Below are positions 50,759 through 64,000 of a DNA stretch of 64,000 nt, in pieces. The translations under genes were made by a program, and so were the position numbers. This DNA comes from Azolla caroliniana (lineage: Eukaryota; Plantae; Polypodiophyta), in NCBI GenBank assembly GCA_043228905.1, contig JBHGNT010000002.1, positions 27,962,001 to 28,026,000 of the forward strand, written 5' to 3'. The notes under the pieces are model-generated. The model was not told the DNA's origin and did no database searches. It saw only the letters and a program-made list of their open reading frames with translations. Position 1 is the stretch's first letter. Every line of letters begins with the position of its first letter.

Positions 50759-51151
50759 AGCTAATTTCAAGATTTTTTATATATAGGATTAGTAGCAACA
50801 AGACCCTTCCCGAAATACCAACTATGATAGTCGCATCTTGGATATGGAGAAGCTCACAATGGTGCATCCCCGCGTCAAGTTCCATGACTCAAAAACCTCG
50901 CAAAGGTCTATTTCCAAGATGTGACTCTCCCACCAAATGTGATTCAAGGACCATTGTGATGTTTTTGAGTTTCGAAACACCACATCAACTACGCTTATGA
51001 TCAATGTCCTAGTACTAGTTTCTTGGGGAGCAAAAGATCAAAGGTTGTGTACAAATTCAAGGGATATATAACATGATAAATATTGAATGATCTTGTGTTA
51101 TCTATCTTGAATGAGGTTAGAGTGCGGACCATTGAGATACGAGGAAGAGGA

Positions 51152-51286
51152 TAACAATCGACAACGGTTCGGTTTGAACCGAACCGAACCGAATTGTGAA
51201 ACCACGAATTAACGACTTAACGGTTCGGTTTCAAACCAGTTCAATTTTGACCTTCTCGAACCAAACCAAACCGTTGCCGATTGTTA
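51152..51286. mobile_element. hAT-type MITE (135 bp) with 8-bp TSD
   Basis: TIRs TAACAATCGACAACGGTT ... AACCGTTGCCGATTGTTA; TSD GAAGAGGA at 51144-51151 and 51287-51294. Confidence 0.85.
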
Positions 51287-51403
51287 GAAGAGGAGGGTGG
51301 AATGGATTCGCACGTACATGGTAAATATTGAATATTGAATGATCTTGTGCTATCTATCTTGAATGAGGTTAGAGTGTGGATCATTGAGATATGAGGAAGA
51401 GGA

Positions 51404-51508
51404 TAACAATCGGCAATGGTTCGGTTTGAACCGAACCGAATTGTGAAACGACGACTTAACGGCTTAACGATTCGATTTCAAACCAAACCAAACCGTTGCC
51501 GATTGTTA
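51404..51508. mobile_element. Second copy of the hAT-type MITE (105 bp, internally deleted)
   Basis: Same TIRs, same GAAGAGGA TSD and same flanks; part of a tandem duplication spanning ~51070-51553. Confidence 0.85.
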
Positions 51509-51899
51509 GAAGAGGAGGAGGAGGAGGGTGGAATGGATTCACATGTACATGGTGAGTTGTTTGTCAAGTTTCCCAACAAAAGGAATGTCATGTGGATCCC
51601 ATCCATCCATAAAACTCTGTCTTCTCCTACACTTAAAACTAATTACTACGTACATGCATGTGAGTGTGGACGAGGGAAAGAGAGGGGGGAAAGAGAGGAA
51701 AAGAGAGCACAGCACCTATAACACATAATACATACATATCATATATGTATAACGAGTGAGTGTGAAAAAGAGAGAGACATGGCCACCACCCAAAACAAAA
51801 CAAGCAAAAAGACCATATGGAAGCCCCCAAAGGCTTTTAAAAAACATGCGAGATTTGAATTCACTCATTCATTAATCTATCAATCAGTCCTCCCTCCAC

Positions 51900-52000
51900 A
51901 GAAGAAGAAGAAGAAGAAGAAGAAGCTCTCCTCCACAGAAATTGCATCAGAAGAAGAAGAAGAAGACGACGACGACGACGATGATGATGATGATGATGAA
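51900..52000. repeat. Compound trinucleotide microsatellites (AAG/GAC/GAT) 3' of ubiquitin-RPS27a
   Basis: (AGA)n, then (GAA)n(GAC)n(GAT)n. Confidence 0.9.
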
Positions 52001-52124
52001 CCTAAACTCAGCAGCCAGACTACAACCAAGAAAACTCAGAGACAGAAGTGAAAAAAAACAAGAAAGAAACGCGTCGATTCTGCAGAGAAGCAGCAAATCC
52101 ACAGACATTCAATGCAGTAGCAGG

Positions 52125-53921
<1,797 letters not shown>

Positions 53922-54271
53922 GGCGCCCCGATGAGAAGAAGGAGGATAGAGAAGCGTTAATATATTCATTCCGTGAGGAGATGAAGACACAATGACGACA
54001 TTGAGTGTTGTAGACCGTGGGATCTGAGAGAGTCTCCCTCCCTCACCGTCCGATCGTTTCACATTGCAACGCGGACAATAAGTGACCACCCAACTTCCAA
54101 GGTGAAGCCCGAATATGTCGACATAAGATCTCTCTATCGTTGTGGGCTTATTTGTCGATCAATCCTTGTTCATTTTTGGTTCGAACAAAACTTTGGTTCC
54201 TTGTGGTTGTGACTTCCAATGAACTGAATTTTGGCTACATGATGAATGGAGAGAGGGGAGTATGTATATAC

Positions 54272-54303
<32 letters not shown>

Positions 54304-56909
54304 CATGTGGCTACAATCTTGTTTGGTTGTGGCTTCGGCATATGATGTCCTAAAGATAGTGGTGGCCACATGTAAGAGCATGAGCGGTAGAATTATGTTT
54401 GATATGGCGCAATCTTGTACTACAATGTCTAGTTGGCAAAGATAGGCCCATAAGCCTGACATTATTGGAGGTTAAGGGTCAATCATTGATGAGTGTGTCG
54501 TTGATAAAGTGTGTCGTTGATAAGGTTCTGTGGATGGATGTTGCCTCTTTATCACTTTGTTGTTACCTAAGTGGTTTGTGTGTGCAATGAAATGTAACTT
54601 CCATCCAAGGAGTTTTGTTACTCCAATATGGGACACGTATTCGGGACGTATTCCATTTCATCTAACGTGAACTATATATAATTTATTATCATTGCTCTCA
54701 AACAGTGGCCTCGTTACCATTATGATGTGTTTGAATTTTTGTTCGTCAATCAAATTGATTCAAAGGGTCAAATACCAATTTGGGTCAATCTTCATTTGTG
54801 ACTTAGAATAAGGCAACATAACATTTCTAGTGGATGCTTTCAGTGCTGCACCCAAAATGCATGCATCGACTTTTACTTGCAATGTAACAAACACATGTTT
54901 AAATGGGTTTTGTGGACGACGTGAGAGCAATATTGCATGTAAAGAGATGTGGCAAGTCATACAAAGATGGCAAGATCCCATTTGCGTTGAATGTCGCAAT
55001 AGAAATGTACCCCACTTCATTTTGTCTCCATGAGATGAACAAAGGTGGTGGAAAAACATTACCACTAAGGAGGAACTTTGCTTGTAAAGGAAGAGTTTGT
55101 GTCTACATTGACTATGTCATATATTTCACGAGTATCACATATGTTTCGAGCGTCAAACATATCAGGATATATCAAACAACATATGTCCATGTGAGTTGTC
55201 AATTTTATTGGCTACATTTATAAAAGGATGTTTATGTGTGAGAACCAATATATTTTTAATTTCACGCAAATGATGCCTAACACCCCCAGTTAAGCGATTT
55301 TACAATCATTGCAATCTATAAATGCAAAGTAGGAAAGGCATTGCAATGGATTTAGTTATTTGATTGTTGACGGCCACATGCCATTTATACGTTTGTATCA
55401 GAGTAGATAGGCTTATGATAACAACTAACCTTCTTAGCATAAGAACTGCATTTCCAACTCAAATGTTATGAGGTATTGTTGTGGATTGATTGCATGGATT
55501 TATAACAATGTTTCATGAATTTGGTCTTGATCAATATTAGATTGCCCGTTTTTTCTCAGGGATAGAACACACACGACAAAAACATGCTCCATATTGTCAC
55601 CTAATTTTTTGTCATAGTTTAACATATGTTGAATAACCACTAGCAAATAGAAGCGTTTGTTAAATGAGTTGCTTAGCAAATCATCCACAAGTAATATCAA
55701 TGATCTTACACTTGAACATGCCACTTATGCAATGTTGTGAATATTGAAAAAACAACTACAATCCTATTATGACCAACTTGTTTCATTAAGCTTGTGCTAA
55801 TAATTTTCTTGCCATTGTCATTATCTTCTCAAAAGAGATACATGCATATATGAGATAGAAACCTTTGCATATGGTGAGAGAGAGTCGTACAAGAAGAGAT
55901 ATCGTGTGTGTGTGTGTGTAGGATGTAGTCACTAGAGGAACACATATTGAGGAGGAAGGAGTGACAATTTGACAAGCTTTAAACACAATGAATGGGAGAG
56001 AAAGGGACGAATGGGGAGTTAATGCATACATATGAGAAGCAATGGAAGAGGAGCAATGAGTATCCATGTGACAATAAATATATGTATGTAAACAAACTTA
56101 GGAGAGAGAGAGACCAATATTTAACTTTGGCAATCCTACCAAAGGGTTTGACCTCAAAGGCAATTATGTCAACATGCCACAATGAAGTAGAGAAGCATTG
56201 GCCTGGGAATCTAGAGACAACCAATGGCAGGCTCTGGACTACAACTTGACATGGAAGTGGTCGCAGAGTGCACTCTAAAAATCTTTGTGGAAGGTAAGTT
56301 TCCCCGTAATGGCTTTGTGAAAGAGGCACAAAAGAAAGGGAGGACACTAATGGAAGTTGAGGAAGAAGGCAAATTAAGAAATAAGAAACTTTCCACATAC
56401 GAAGCTTGATTCACCATCAATGTTATGTGGTTGAAGGGGAGGAAGCATTTCATAACTTTATTTTAGCGAGTGATCCTTTAATTGCAAGGACAACTTGAAC
56501 GAAAACTTGGATTACTTTCAGAAACTAGGACTTTAGGGCAAGTCAACAACTTTGGCAATACATCAATGGGGTGGTGGCCCGAACCTTAGCAAGTTTGCAC
56601 CTTGCTTACAATCAAACACAGTTGGAGAAGCTTGGCCAGAAGATTCATATGCAAGTTGAAATATAAATGCACACACGTTTATGGCCCAAGAAACATAGGT
56701 AATATATGTGAGTTGTATCAGGAAAAGTATATTGACAAAGTGCTTAAGAAGCTTCAAGCAAGGACACATGGATCTGGAAGGAGCAAGAAAAACATCGAAG
56801 ATTTTACGATGGAACTATGTAGCTCTCCATCGATGGTGCGTATTAGGTAAAGAAAGGTTTTAAGGGTTGAGAGCTCAGAGAACCAACTCTTCTTCATTGT
56901 CAAAGCTTG

Positions 56910-57032
56910 AGTGTGGGCGGACTGGGACAACTCTAGGTACCAACTCTAGAAGAGTGAGGGTAATTGGGCGGACAGGTGTGAAACCTGCATATTCTATATA
57001 AATACGAACCGGAGCTCTCGAGCCTAGGGTTT
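56910..57032 (+). promoter_or_regulatory. Putative CXIP4 core promoter
   Basis: Two TGGGCGG boxes (~56914, ~56965), TATATAAA at 56995, telo-box TAGGGTTT at 57025-57032, then a CT-rich leader. Confidence 0.6.
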
Positions 57033-57317
57033 GCTTCCTCTGTCTGTCTTGTTTGATTTCTTCTGTTTCTCCTTCGGCGTTTCGATTATAATTCTTATTG
57101 ATCTTCGCGTTTCTTCCTCGCACTCTCGTCCTTCTTCTTCTTTTTCTGTTTCTGTTTCATCTTCGTCTTTTTCTGATTCTTCTTCGTCTTCTTCTGTTTC
57201 TTCTTCTCGTCTTCTTCTGTTTCTTCTTCATCTTCTTCTGTTTCTTCATCTCGTCTTCGTTTCACCCCCGCTGTCCTGTCCTGTGCTACCTTGGGGAGGG
57301 ATCCAAAGTAAAGCACC

Positions 57318-58496
57318 ATGCCGGCCACAGCAGGGAGGGTGCGTATGCCAGCCAACAACAGGGTGCACAGCAGCGCGGCCCTCCAGACGCACGGGATATG
57401 GCAGAGTGCCATCGGCTACGACCCCTATGCGCCGGACCAGAAGAACTCCGCTGCTCCCTCTTCCGCTGCACCTGGTGGAGATGATGCCTCCGCCGGAACT
57501 GGAGATGGACTCGGAACGAGAGCTTCCGAGCAGAACACTTACGACAGCTTCCAGGGCCTCCTCGCCCTTGCTCGGCTCACTGGCTCCAACGCCGATGAAG
57601 CCAGAGGCTCTTGCAGGAAATGCGGTCGCGTAGGCCATCTTGCGTTTCAGTGCCGGAACATGCTCGCTCTTAAAGAGGAAGCTATAACCTCTTCTGCCTT
57701 GGCATCTGCTCATGGATCTAGTATTCTTTCTCCCTTTGCAGACAAACATGGCCTGGGTCGTGTTGCTAAAAGAAAAGATAAAGATGCCAACGTTCGGAAT
57801 TATTCCTCTTCTGATGACGGTGATGATGGTTCAGAAGATGATGTTAGTGATGTCTCTGATAGTTCTGAAGATTCAGAGATGGAACGACATATTAGAGAGA
57901 AGTTTGGTCGGAATCCCCTCAAGTCTTCTTCTAGTAAGAGTAAAACTAGTAGCAAGAAGGAGCTTGGTGAAGCAAATAAAAGGAACAAGAAATCTCATTC
58001 TTCATCGAGAAGAAGTCGGTCCAAGAAAGACATGTCTGACGACGACGACGACGCAGATAGCTCCGAGGAGGAAGGAAGGAGGAAAAAGAAATCAAAACGT
58101 AGATCAGAATCTAAGAAGAGTCGAGACAGTGATGATGATCTTACCTCTGAGGAAGAAATGAAAAAGTCCAGACATAGATCAAAGTCTAAGAAAAGTCATA
58201 ATGTTGATTATGATTCAGAGGATGAAAAGAAGAAATCCAAGCATGGATACTCAAGGTCAAAGAAAAGTCATAATAGGGATGCATCTGATTCACAGTCTGA
58301 AGGATTAACTTCTAGTGAAAGTGAGGGAGTGAGGAGGAACAGAAAGAAGCATTCTCGCAAACATAGGAAGCAGCGAGAAGAACACAGTGATGAAGGTGAA
58401 AGCCTAAAGAAAAGACGAAATAGAGATAAACATCACAAAGGCGTTGAGAGGGAAGAACATGAACACTCAAAGAAAAAACACCGGGACAGACACTAA
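57318..58496 (+). CDS. CXIP4: CAX-interacting protein 4 (Zn knuckle + S/R/K-rich tail), intronless
   Basis: Diagnostic N-terminus MPATAGRVRMPANNRVHSSAALQTHGIWQSAIGYDPYAP, YDSFQGLLALARLTGSN, CCHC knuckle CRKCGRVGHLAFQC; 392 aa. Confidence 0.95.
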   Translation: MPATAGRVRMPANNRVHSSAALQTHGIWQSAIGYDPYAPDQKNSAAPSSAAPGGDDASAGTGDGLGTRASEQNTYDSFQGLLALARLTGSNADEARGSCRKCGRVGHLAFQCRNMLALKEEAITSSALASAHGSSILSPFADKHGLGRVAKRKDKDANVRNYSSSDDGDDGSEDDVSDVSDSSEDSEMERHIREKFGRNPLKSSSSKSKTSSKKELGEANKRNKKSHSSSRRSRSKKDMSDDDDDADSSEEEGRRKKKSKRRSESKKSRDSDDDLTSEEEMKKSRHRSKSKKSHNVDYDSEDEKKKSKHGYSRSKKSHNRDASDSQSEGLTSSESEGVRRNRKKHSRKHRKQREEHSDEGESLKKRRNRDKHHKGVEREEHEHSKKKHRDRH

Positions 58497-61400
58497 GTCA
58501 CAGCACAGTATTACTCATTGGTAACAAATTTCAAGATGTCAGAGAAGTTTGAAGCTATATGGCTTTGTATTTTATAAGTTGCACCTTCTCGAATTTGTTG
58601 ATATTGTTTTTATGTAAAATCTTCTGGTAATTTATCACGATGAATTTCTAAAACATTGGCTTCTATACAGTGCTGAAATGATGTCATTCAAGGAAAGGAA
58701 CTGAAATTTATCATTGTGGTTTAGCTGATTCTATTTATACTATATCTATGTGTTTTCAATTGTGGTCCTGTCTTCATGTAAATTTTCTTTCAAACTTTTA
58801 AGCTGTATATTACATTCTTGCAAACTGTTATTTCCTTGTGATATGTCAGAAATATGTTATGCATATCACATAAAAGTATTCTTACTAGATTTATACATTG
58901 GTATTTTTGGGTTTATAATTGCATTCTGTGAGAAATTGATGCTATTTTGTAACTGAAGTGCAACTTCGGTTTACTGTGTATTACATGTCTTTTGTATATG
59001 GTTTTGTATAATTACTGGTATATTTGTGTTCTCGATTTTGAATTTTATTTAAGAGTGTAACAGGATGGTAATTCATAACTGAAACACGATCTCAGTTATT
59101 CAACCCGCCCTGGAAACTTATGTATTTTTAAGGTGGAACTAGTGATTTATGGAAATAAGTTGTTTTCCCAAAGGTGCGTTTGTCAAAATTTCTTGAATGA
59201 TTTATTAACATTCATGTCGATGTTTGAATGTTTTTATTTTAAAACATCTTAAATTTCTAGGGGTATGAGTAACTCAATGACAAAATAAAGATAATGTAGG
59301 AATATTGCAAAGTGCAAAATAGTTCCAAAGAATGATGATTTTCTTTGAACATGGGTGGAAGTGCAAGCAGTATGGAAGGAGAGATTCTGCTACTGTGATG
59401 ATTTAATTCTCTTGGTGTGAGTGTAGGCTATGGTTTAGTTGCTATATACAGGGATTTTCTAGTATCTTTGAGATGCAATGATTTTCTTTGAATTGGGATG
59501 GATTTGCATCATATGGAAGAAAAGGTTCTGCTACTGTCATGATTTAATTCTCTAGTTGCTAGGGCATTCACTGTTCTTATTTACTATATACAGGGCTGGA
59601 TCTCATTATCACTGCAACGTTTGTGGTGCACTGCAGTTTATATTTCAGAGATGAAGATACACATGATAAAACCATTGGTAATTTTGTATGTTCTTTTGTG
59701 AATATGTTTCCCAGTGGACCCTACTGTATTGACCAAATCTGTTCAAATGGGTTTGTGTCTACTTACACCTAAATGTGAAATTTAGTTAATGTTGTAGTTT
59801 GCCACTCTTTAACTATTTTTTATGGCCAATGTAAGTGGTTACTTAACTTCAATTGATTCCAGATTCACTACATTCATTTGAGTCTAGTCTGGATGGGTAT
59901 ACACAAAATGATCGTGAAGAGTCATGACATGGTACAAGGGAGCGTCAAGTTCTTGGTTCGGTCTTAGAGCAGAGAATGTATAATATGATAATTCAGTGGT
60001 GTACCTGTTGTGATTGCGTATAGCCTGATGGTGGTTTAAGTGCGAATATGAGTAATGCTTTATTATATATTGGAATTTGGAACCCACTGCGCAGCAATGT
60101 ATGCACAGGAGTCAGCTATATTAATTGGAATGAAGATAAAAAGTGTAGATTCAAATGTTGAAGGGTTTTTTAAATGGAGTTCAGAAAATGGTGAATATAT
60201 GAAGAATTCAATGTACCCTTTCTACCTTAAGATAGCACTGTCATGATGACTGTTGTAATGATCTAGAAACTTCTTGGATGAATCAGAGGATAATATGCAT
60301 ATGTGGACTACAATAGACTAATGCAGAGAATAAAAAGAGGAATATATGAAGGATTGTGACTCGTTATATCCACTTTGCACCTAAAGTTATTACCTTTGGA
60401 CATCTATGCCATGGTATGTGTAATGCAGAGTTAAAAGAAAATCCAGAGAACAATGCTTACAACTAATGGACTGTGCCCTGTTCCTGGCACTTATATAAGG
60501 TGATATCCTTTGGGATATCTATTCCAGGATGCATGTAGTGAGAGCTTAGTAAACATATCATCATATTAACTGCTAACAGTACTAGTTTGCATACTGGTGA
60601 AGGTTTTTTTCTTTCATGCTACACGTTCACCAGTTGAAAGAAGCATAATATTTGCATTTGTATTTTATCTTTTTAAGGAAAGACATGGATATGGTGTAAC
60701 GTTTGCATTTTGTGTATAATAGATAATTAACTGATAATATACGTTTATGTTTCCACTTTGTGTAATACATAATGAATTGATGATCTGTGTTTATGTTTCA
60801 TATTCCCATCAATTGATTTCAGATACTTCTCCTAATCTCTCAAAGTGGTATTATATCAAATGTTAACGTATGTAGTACAATTTTTATGCCTTCCATAACT
60901 GTCTTCTGAATTTGGTATGGCTTTTGGTCTTTACCGTATAAAAGTGAGTATATGCAAGCATGATGAATAAAAGGAAGAGAAACCAGCACACACCCGTTTT
61001 TGAACTCTCCAAGATTGCTTTTAAGAGTGCCAATTTCATTCAAGCTCCATCAAACTTGATTTTATATCTAGAAGTATGTAACCCATGACTATGAGAACTA
61101 TCAGTTTTCAAGCAAGACCTATCATGAAGTCATACATTTGGAATGCACTTTATGTTCTGACACAAATATATAAACCTTTTGGAACTAGTGACGTACTATG
61201 GTTAAGGAAAAGTGGAACGGAATACTTCTCTCATTTTAAAATCCATAAATGATGTTGAATTACAAAAGGCATATTATACAAAAGAATTGTTTTTACATTT
61301 GACTTTCCATGAAGTCGCCAAATTTGTACATTTTCAATTAAATAAAGAAACCATTATCAAACATGTATTACAATGAAATCCTTAAACCGTGGAATACCTA

Positions 61401-62958
61401 ATGAGAGAAAATAGTAATTGGCTTAGCCAATCTTTTCACAAATGGGCACATTCACATGTATGAACTGAAATGCCCTCAGCTCATCTTTATTGAATTAGCC
61501 GTTTCCTTGCTCGACGTACATACTCAAGAGGGGTATTTGTGAAATTAATACAAACCCATGTGTATTTGGGATAATAAAAAGAGCTGAGGAAGTTTTTTAA
61601 TGTCATAAGCTAAACTAATGATACCATGGGTTAAGATTTTTCACAAAAGAATGAAACAGACACTGAAAGAGACTATTACCTGCCCTGAGATCCCAATGTA
61701 TTATAATGCAGAGTTTCAGGACTTATGCAATGGTTATGTCTTTGCGATATCTGTGTAACGTTAACATGATTTTGCATCCTGAATACTACCCAGTAAATGT
61801 TGGCTTATGGTGAATCGGGTGGGATATGATCTCATAACTATATTGAACGGACATCATAAGATGCAGAGGCAAGAATATCATGATATGGTGCAATCTCGTA
61901 TGCATATAACAAGATGATCATTTCTATGGCTCAAAAGGTACATATAACATCAATTTAATGATGATATAGTGCATTAGATAGACATAACACATAACCCACC
62001 GAATTATGTGAACCGGATAAATCAATCTGGTTAGAGGATTTTTGGGAACTTACTTCAGGAAGAATCATCCAGGGTTGAGTTTGCAGTTTCTTCTGTCTCA
62101 TAGTCATTAACTTTTTGCTATTGCTTTTTTGGCTCTAAGTGACGAATGGAAATGATAGTGCAACCCCAACTTTGTTGAAAGATTGGGCCAAACACAGCAA
62201 ATCAGAGTCATTTTCTGGTGCCACCTCTCCTGTGAAGGAAAGTTTACAGAAAGCATGAGAGCGGATTATCTAAGTATTCAATTGAGAACGGAACACTGAA
62301 GGACATCAATATCAAATAACATGATGATAGGTGAGTGCTACATGCATATATAACATCATTTCCATGGTCACAATAGGGAGCATGTTAAGATGTTTATAAA
62401 TAACATCAAACAATGTGATGACGTAGTGCATGTTATACTCATAATAATGTGGCATCAGTGATACCATGATGATGTAACGTCAATTAAAAGAAGATGATAT
62501 GATGCAACATCTATTTCTTGCTGCTCTATATACATAATAAGTATATCGTGAATTGCCATATTAGACCTGGAATAGAATCATTTATGGAACTTATATATGC
62601 ATAATAAATATAAACTTCAAACAAATGATGATTATTGTACACAAGCATTACCATTTCCACTGTCTCTTCTCATAATGTGGTCTGAATCCGAGTTTGATTC
62701 CAGTCCATCTTGGTGGAACTTATCACCAACTAGTGGGATTGAAAGTTGTGACCTCTTGCATTGGATTTTTGTTTATTTCTCTTAATAGGGGTGGGAGAGA
62801 TTCTGAAATTCGTTCCTTGTAGAAAAACCCAGCAAAGATGGATTTGAACCCATGATCTTTGGCTTGATAACTCAGTAGGCCAAATCCTTGATAATTCTTG
62901 TTACCTCTTGCATTGGATCTCCTAACTACACAGTAGGACAAACAAACACTTGATTACA

Positions 62959-63927
62959 CTACTCAGTTTTTACTGTAAAATTCTCTCCTTGTGTCAATAC
63001 CCTAGTTCTAGTTCCTGACACAAAGGCTGACTGATGACATACATTCACAAGAATCCGTCCCTCATCCATCCTTACATCTGTCATTTGATAATCTCTACTG
63101 GCACATCCAACCCTTATGCTCTCCTTCCTAGCGCACTCAATCCTTGTCTTCCCAGATTTCCCTTCTGTAATGGGCAATTTCCCTTCCAGAATCATCATTT
63201 TTGCATCATTCTGTGTCTTCACACCATCCATCATGTTGCACCTTCCATGGTCAGTGTTGCTTATAATTACTGTTCTAGACGCCTTTGTGGGTAGTGATTG
63301 ATATTGATCATCACTTGCTTGCTTATAGCTATGGAGGTCGGTGGCAAGTTTGAACATCCTACCCATCTTCACAATAGACCTATCATGGTGATCGTGACCA
63401 TGCATAGACCTTTGAGTGGCATATGAGGAAGAAGGGTCAGTGAAAGTCTCGATGGTCGATAGATTCGTTCCAAGGTTTGACAAGTTTGACATTGATGTCT
63501 TTGTGTGTGTGGTTGTGGTAGTAGTACTATCACTTCGGTTTGTTTCGAGGGGTTCATTCGGCAAAGTATCGGCATGTTCCTTTAGATTTTTATCAAATCC
63601 CGCATTTTCCTTTGTACCCACAATATTTTGCTCTTTAGTAGTTCTTTTTTTGTATGAAGGATTGCTCACTACTAGTGTCTGATTATGATGATGATTGTTC
63701 TCTTCATATTGGGTTGGCTTGGAAGACCTTTTCCTTTTAGATGAGGCAAGAGCTCGGAAAACCTTCACAAGCTCAGATCCCAGAGCACTGCATTTACCTT
63801 CAGCTTTCATGGCGGCTGTAAGTGCTATCTCTATTTGGGCAGTGAAGAATTGGGTTTTGGATTCTAGTGTCCTGTGAACAAAATTGAAATGTTGATGAAA
63901 AAAAATTATGGTCATGAAATACCACAT
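62959..63927 (-). CDS. Large low-complexity exon/ORF of an unidentified gene, probably partial
   Basis: 322 open codons in AT-rich DNA, hydrophilic and S/T/K-rich; acceptor-like TTCACAG|G near 63872. No recognisable domain, and downstream exons could not be joined in frame. Confidence 0.45.
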   Translation of the reverse strand: MWYFMTIIFFHQHFNFVHRTLESKTQFFTAQIEIALTAAMKAEGKCSALGSELVKVFRALASSKRKRSSKPTQYEENNHHHNQTLVVSNPSYKKRTTKEQNIVGTKENAGFDKNLKEHADTLPNEPLETNRSDSTTTTTTHTKTSMSNLSNLGTNLSTIETFTDPSSSYATQRSMHGHDHHDRSIVKMGRMFKLATDLHSYKQASDDQYQSLPTKASRTVIISNTDHGRCNMMDGVKTQNDAKMMILEGKLPITEGKSGKTRIECARKESIRVGCASRDYQMTDVRMDEGRILVNVCHQSAFVSGTRTRVLTQGENFTVKTE

Positions 63928-64000
63928 AACTATAACAGTACAAGGGAGGCTAGGAAAGTGTTTTTATGATCTTACATATAACTACATTAAGTAGGTTACT

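Noticed and set aside
54600-56860. Fragmented ORFs between RPS27a and CXIP4
   Set aside because: Probably an old TE relic, but no diagnostic domain, TIR or TSD was recognised.
57031-58161. Alternative ORFs overlapping CXIP4 and its CT-rich leader
   Set aside because: Low-complexity or shadow frames with no recognisable motifs.
59330-59600. Diverged ~140-bp duplication downstream of CXIP4
   Set aside because: Ordinary local duplication with no functional signal.

Overview
AT-rich land-plant nuclear DNA with spliced genes, not prokaryotic; scattered PPR debris hints at a fern-like lineage (inference only). Hand-spliced genes, left to right: a 13-exon secreted GH1 beta-glucosidase-fold gene (+), tRNA-Gly(GCC), an intronless germin-like protein (-), a decayed Ty1/copia element, SKA3-like kinetochore gene (+), bifunctional FMN phosphatase/riboflavin kinase (+), a two-exon conserved plant membrane protein (-), tRNA-Arg(TCT), VPS60/CHMP5 (-), ubiquitin-RPS27a (-), CXIP4 (+) and an unidentified ORF at the right edge (-). 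Intergenic DNA holds a LINE remnant, hAT-type MITEs, PPR fragments, local duplications and microsatellites. The most notable signal is the GH1 gene: its 533-aa frame and 12 GT-AG introns are intact, but the catalytic nucleophile motif ITENG reads ITQTG and most conserved sugar-binding residues are replaced. That points to a maintained pseudo-enzyme or repurposed GH1. Family assignments come from recalled motifs, not database searches.
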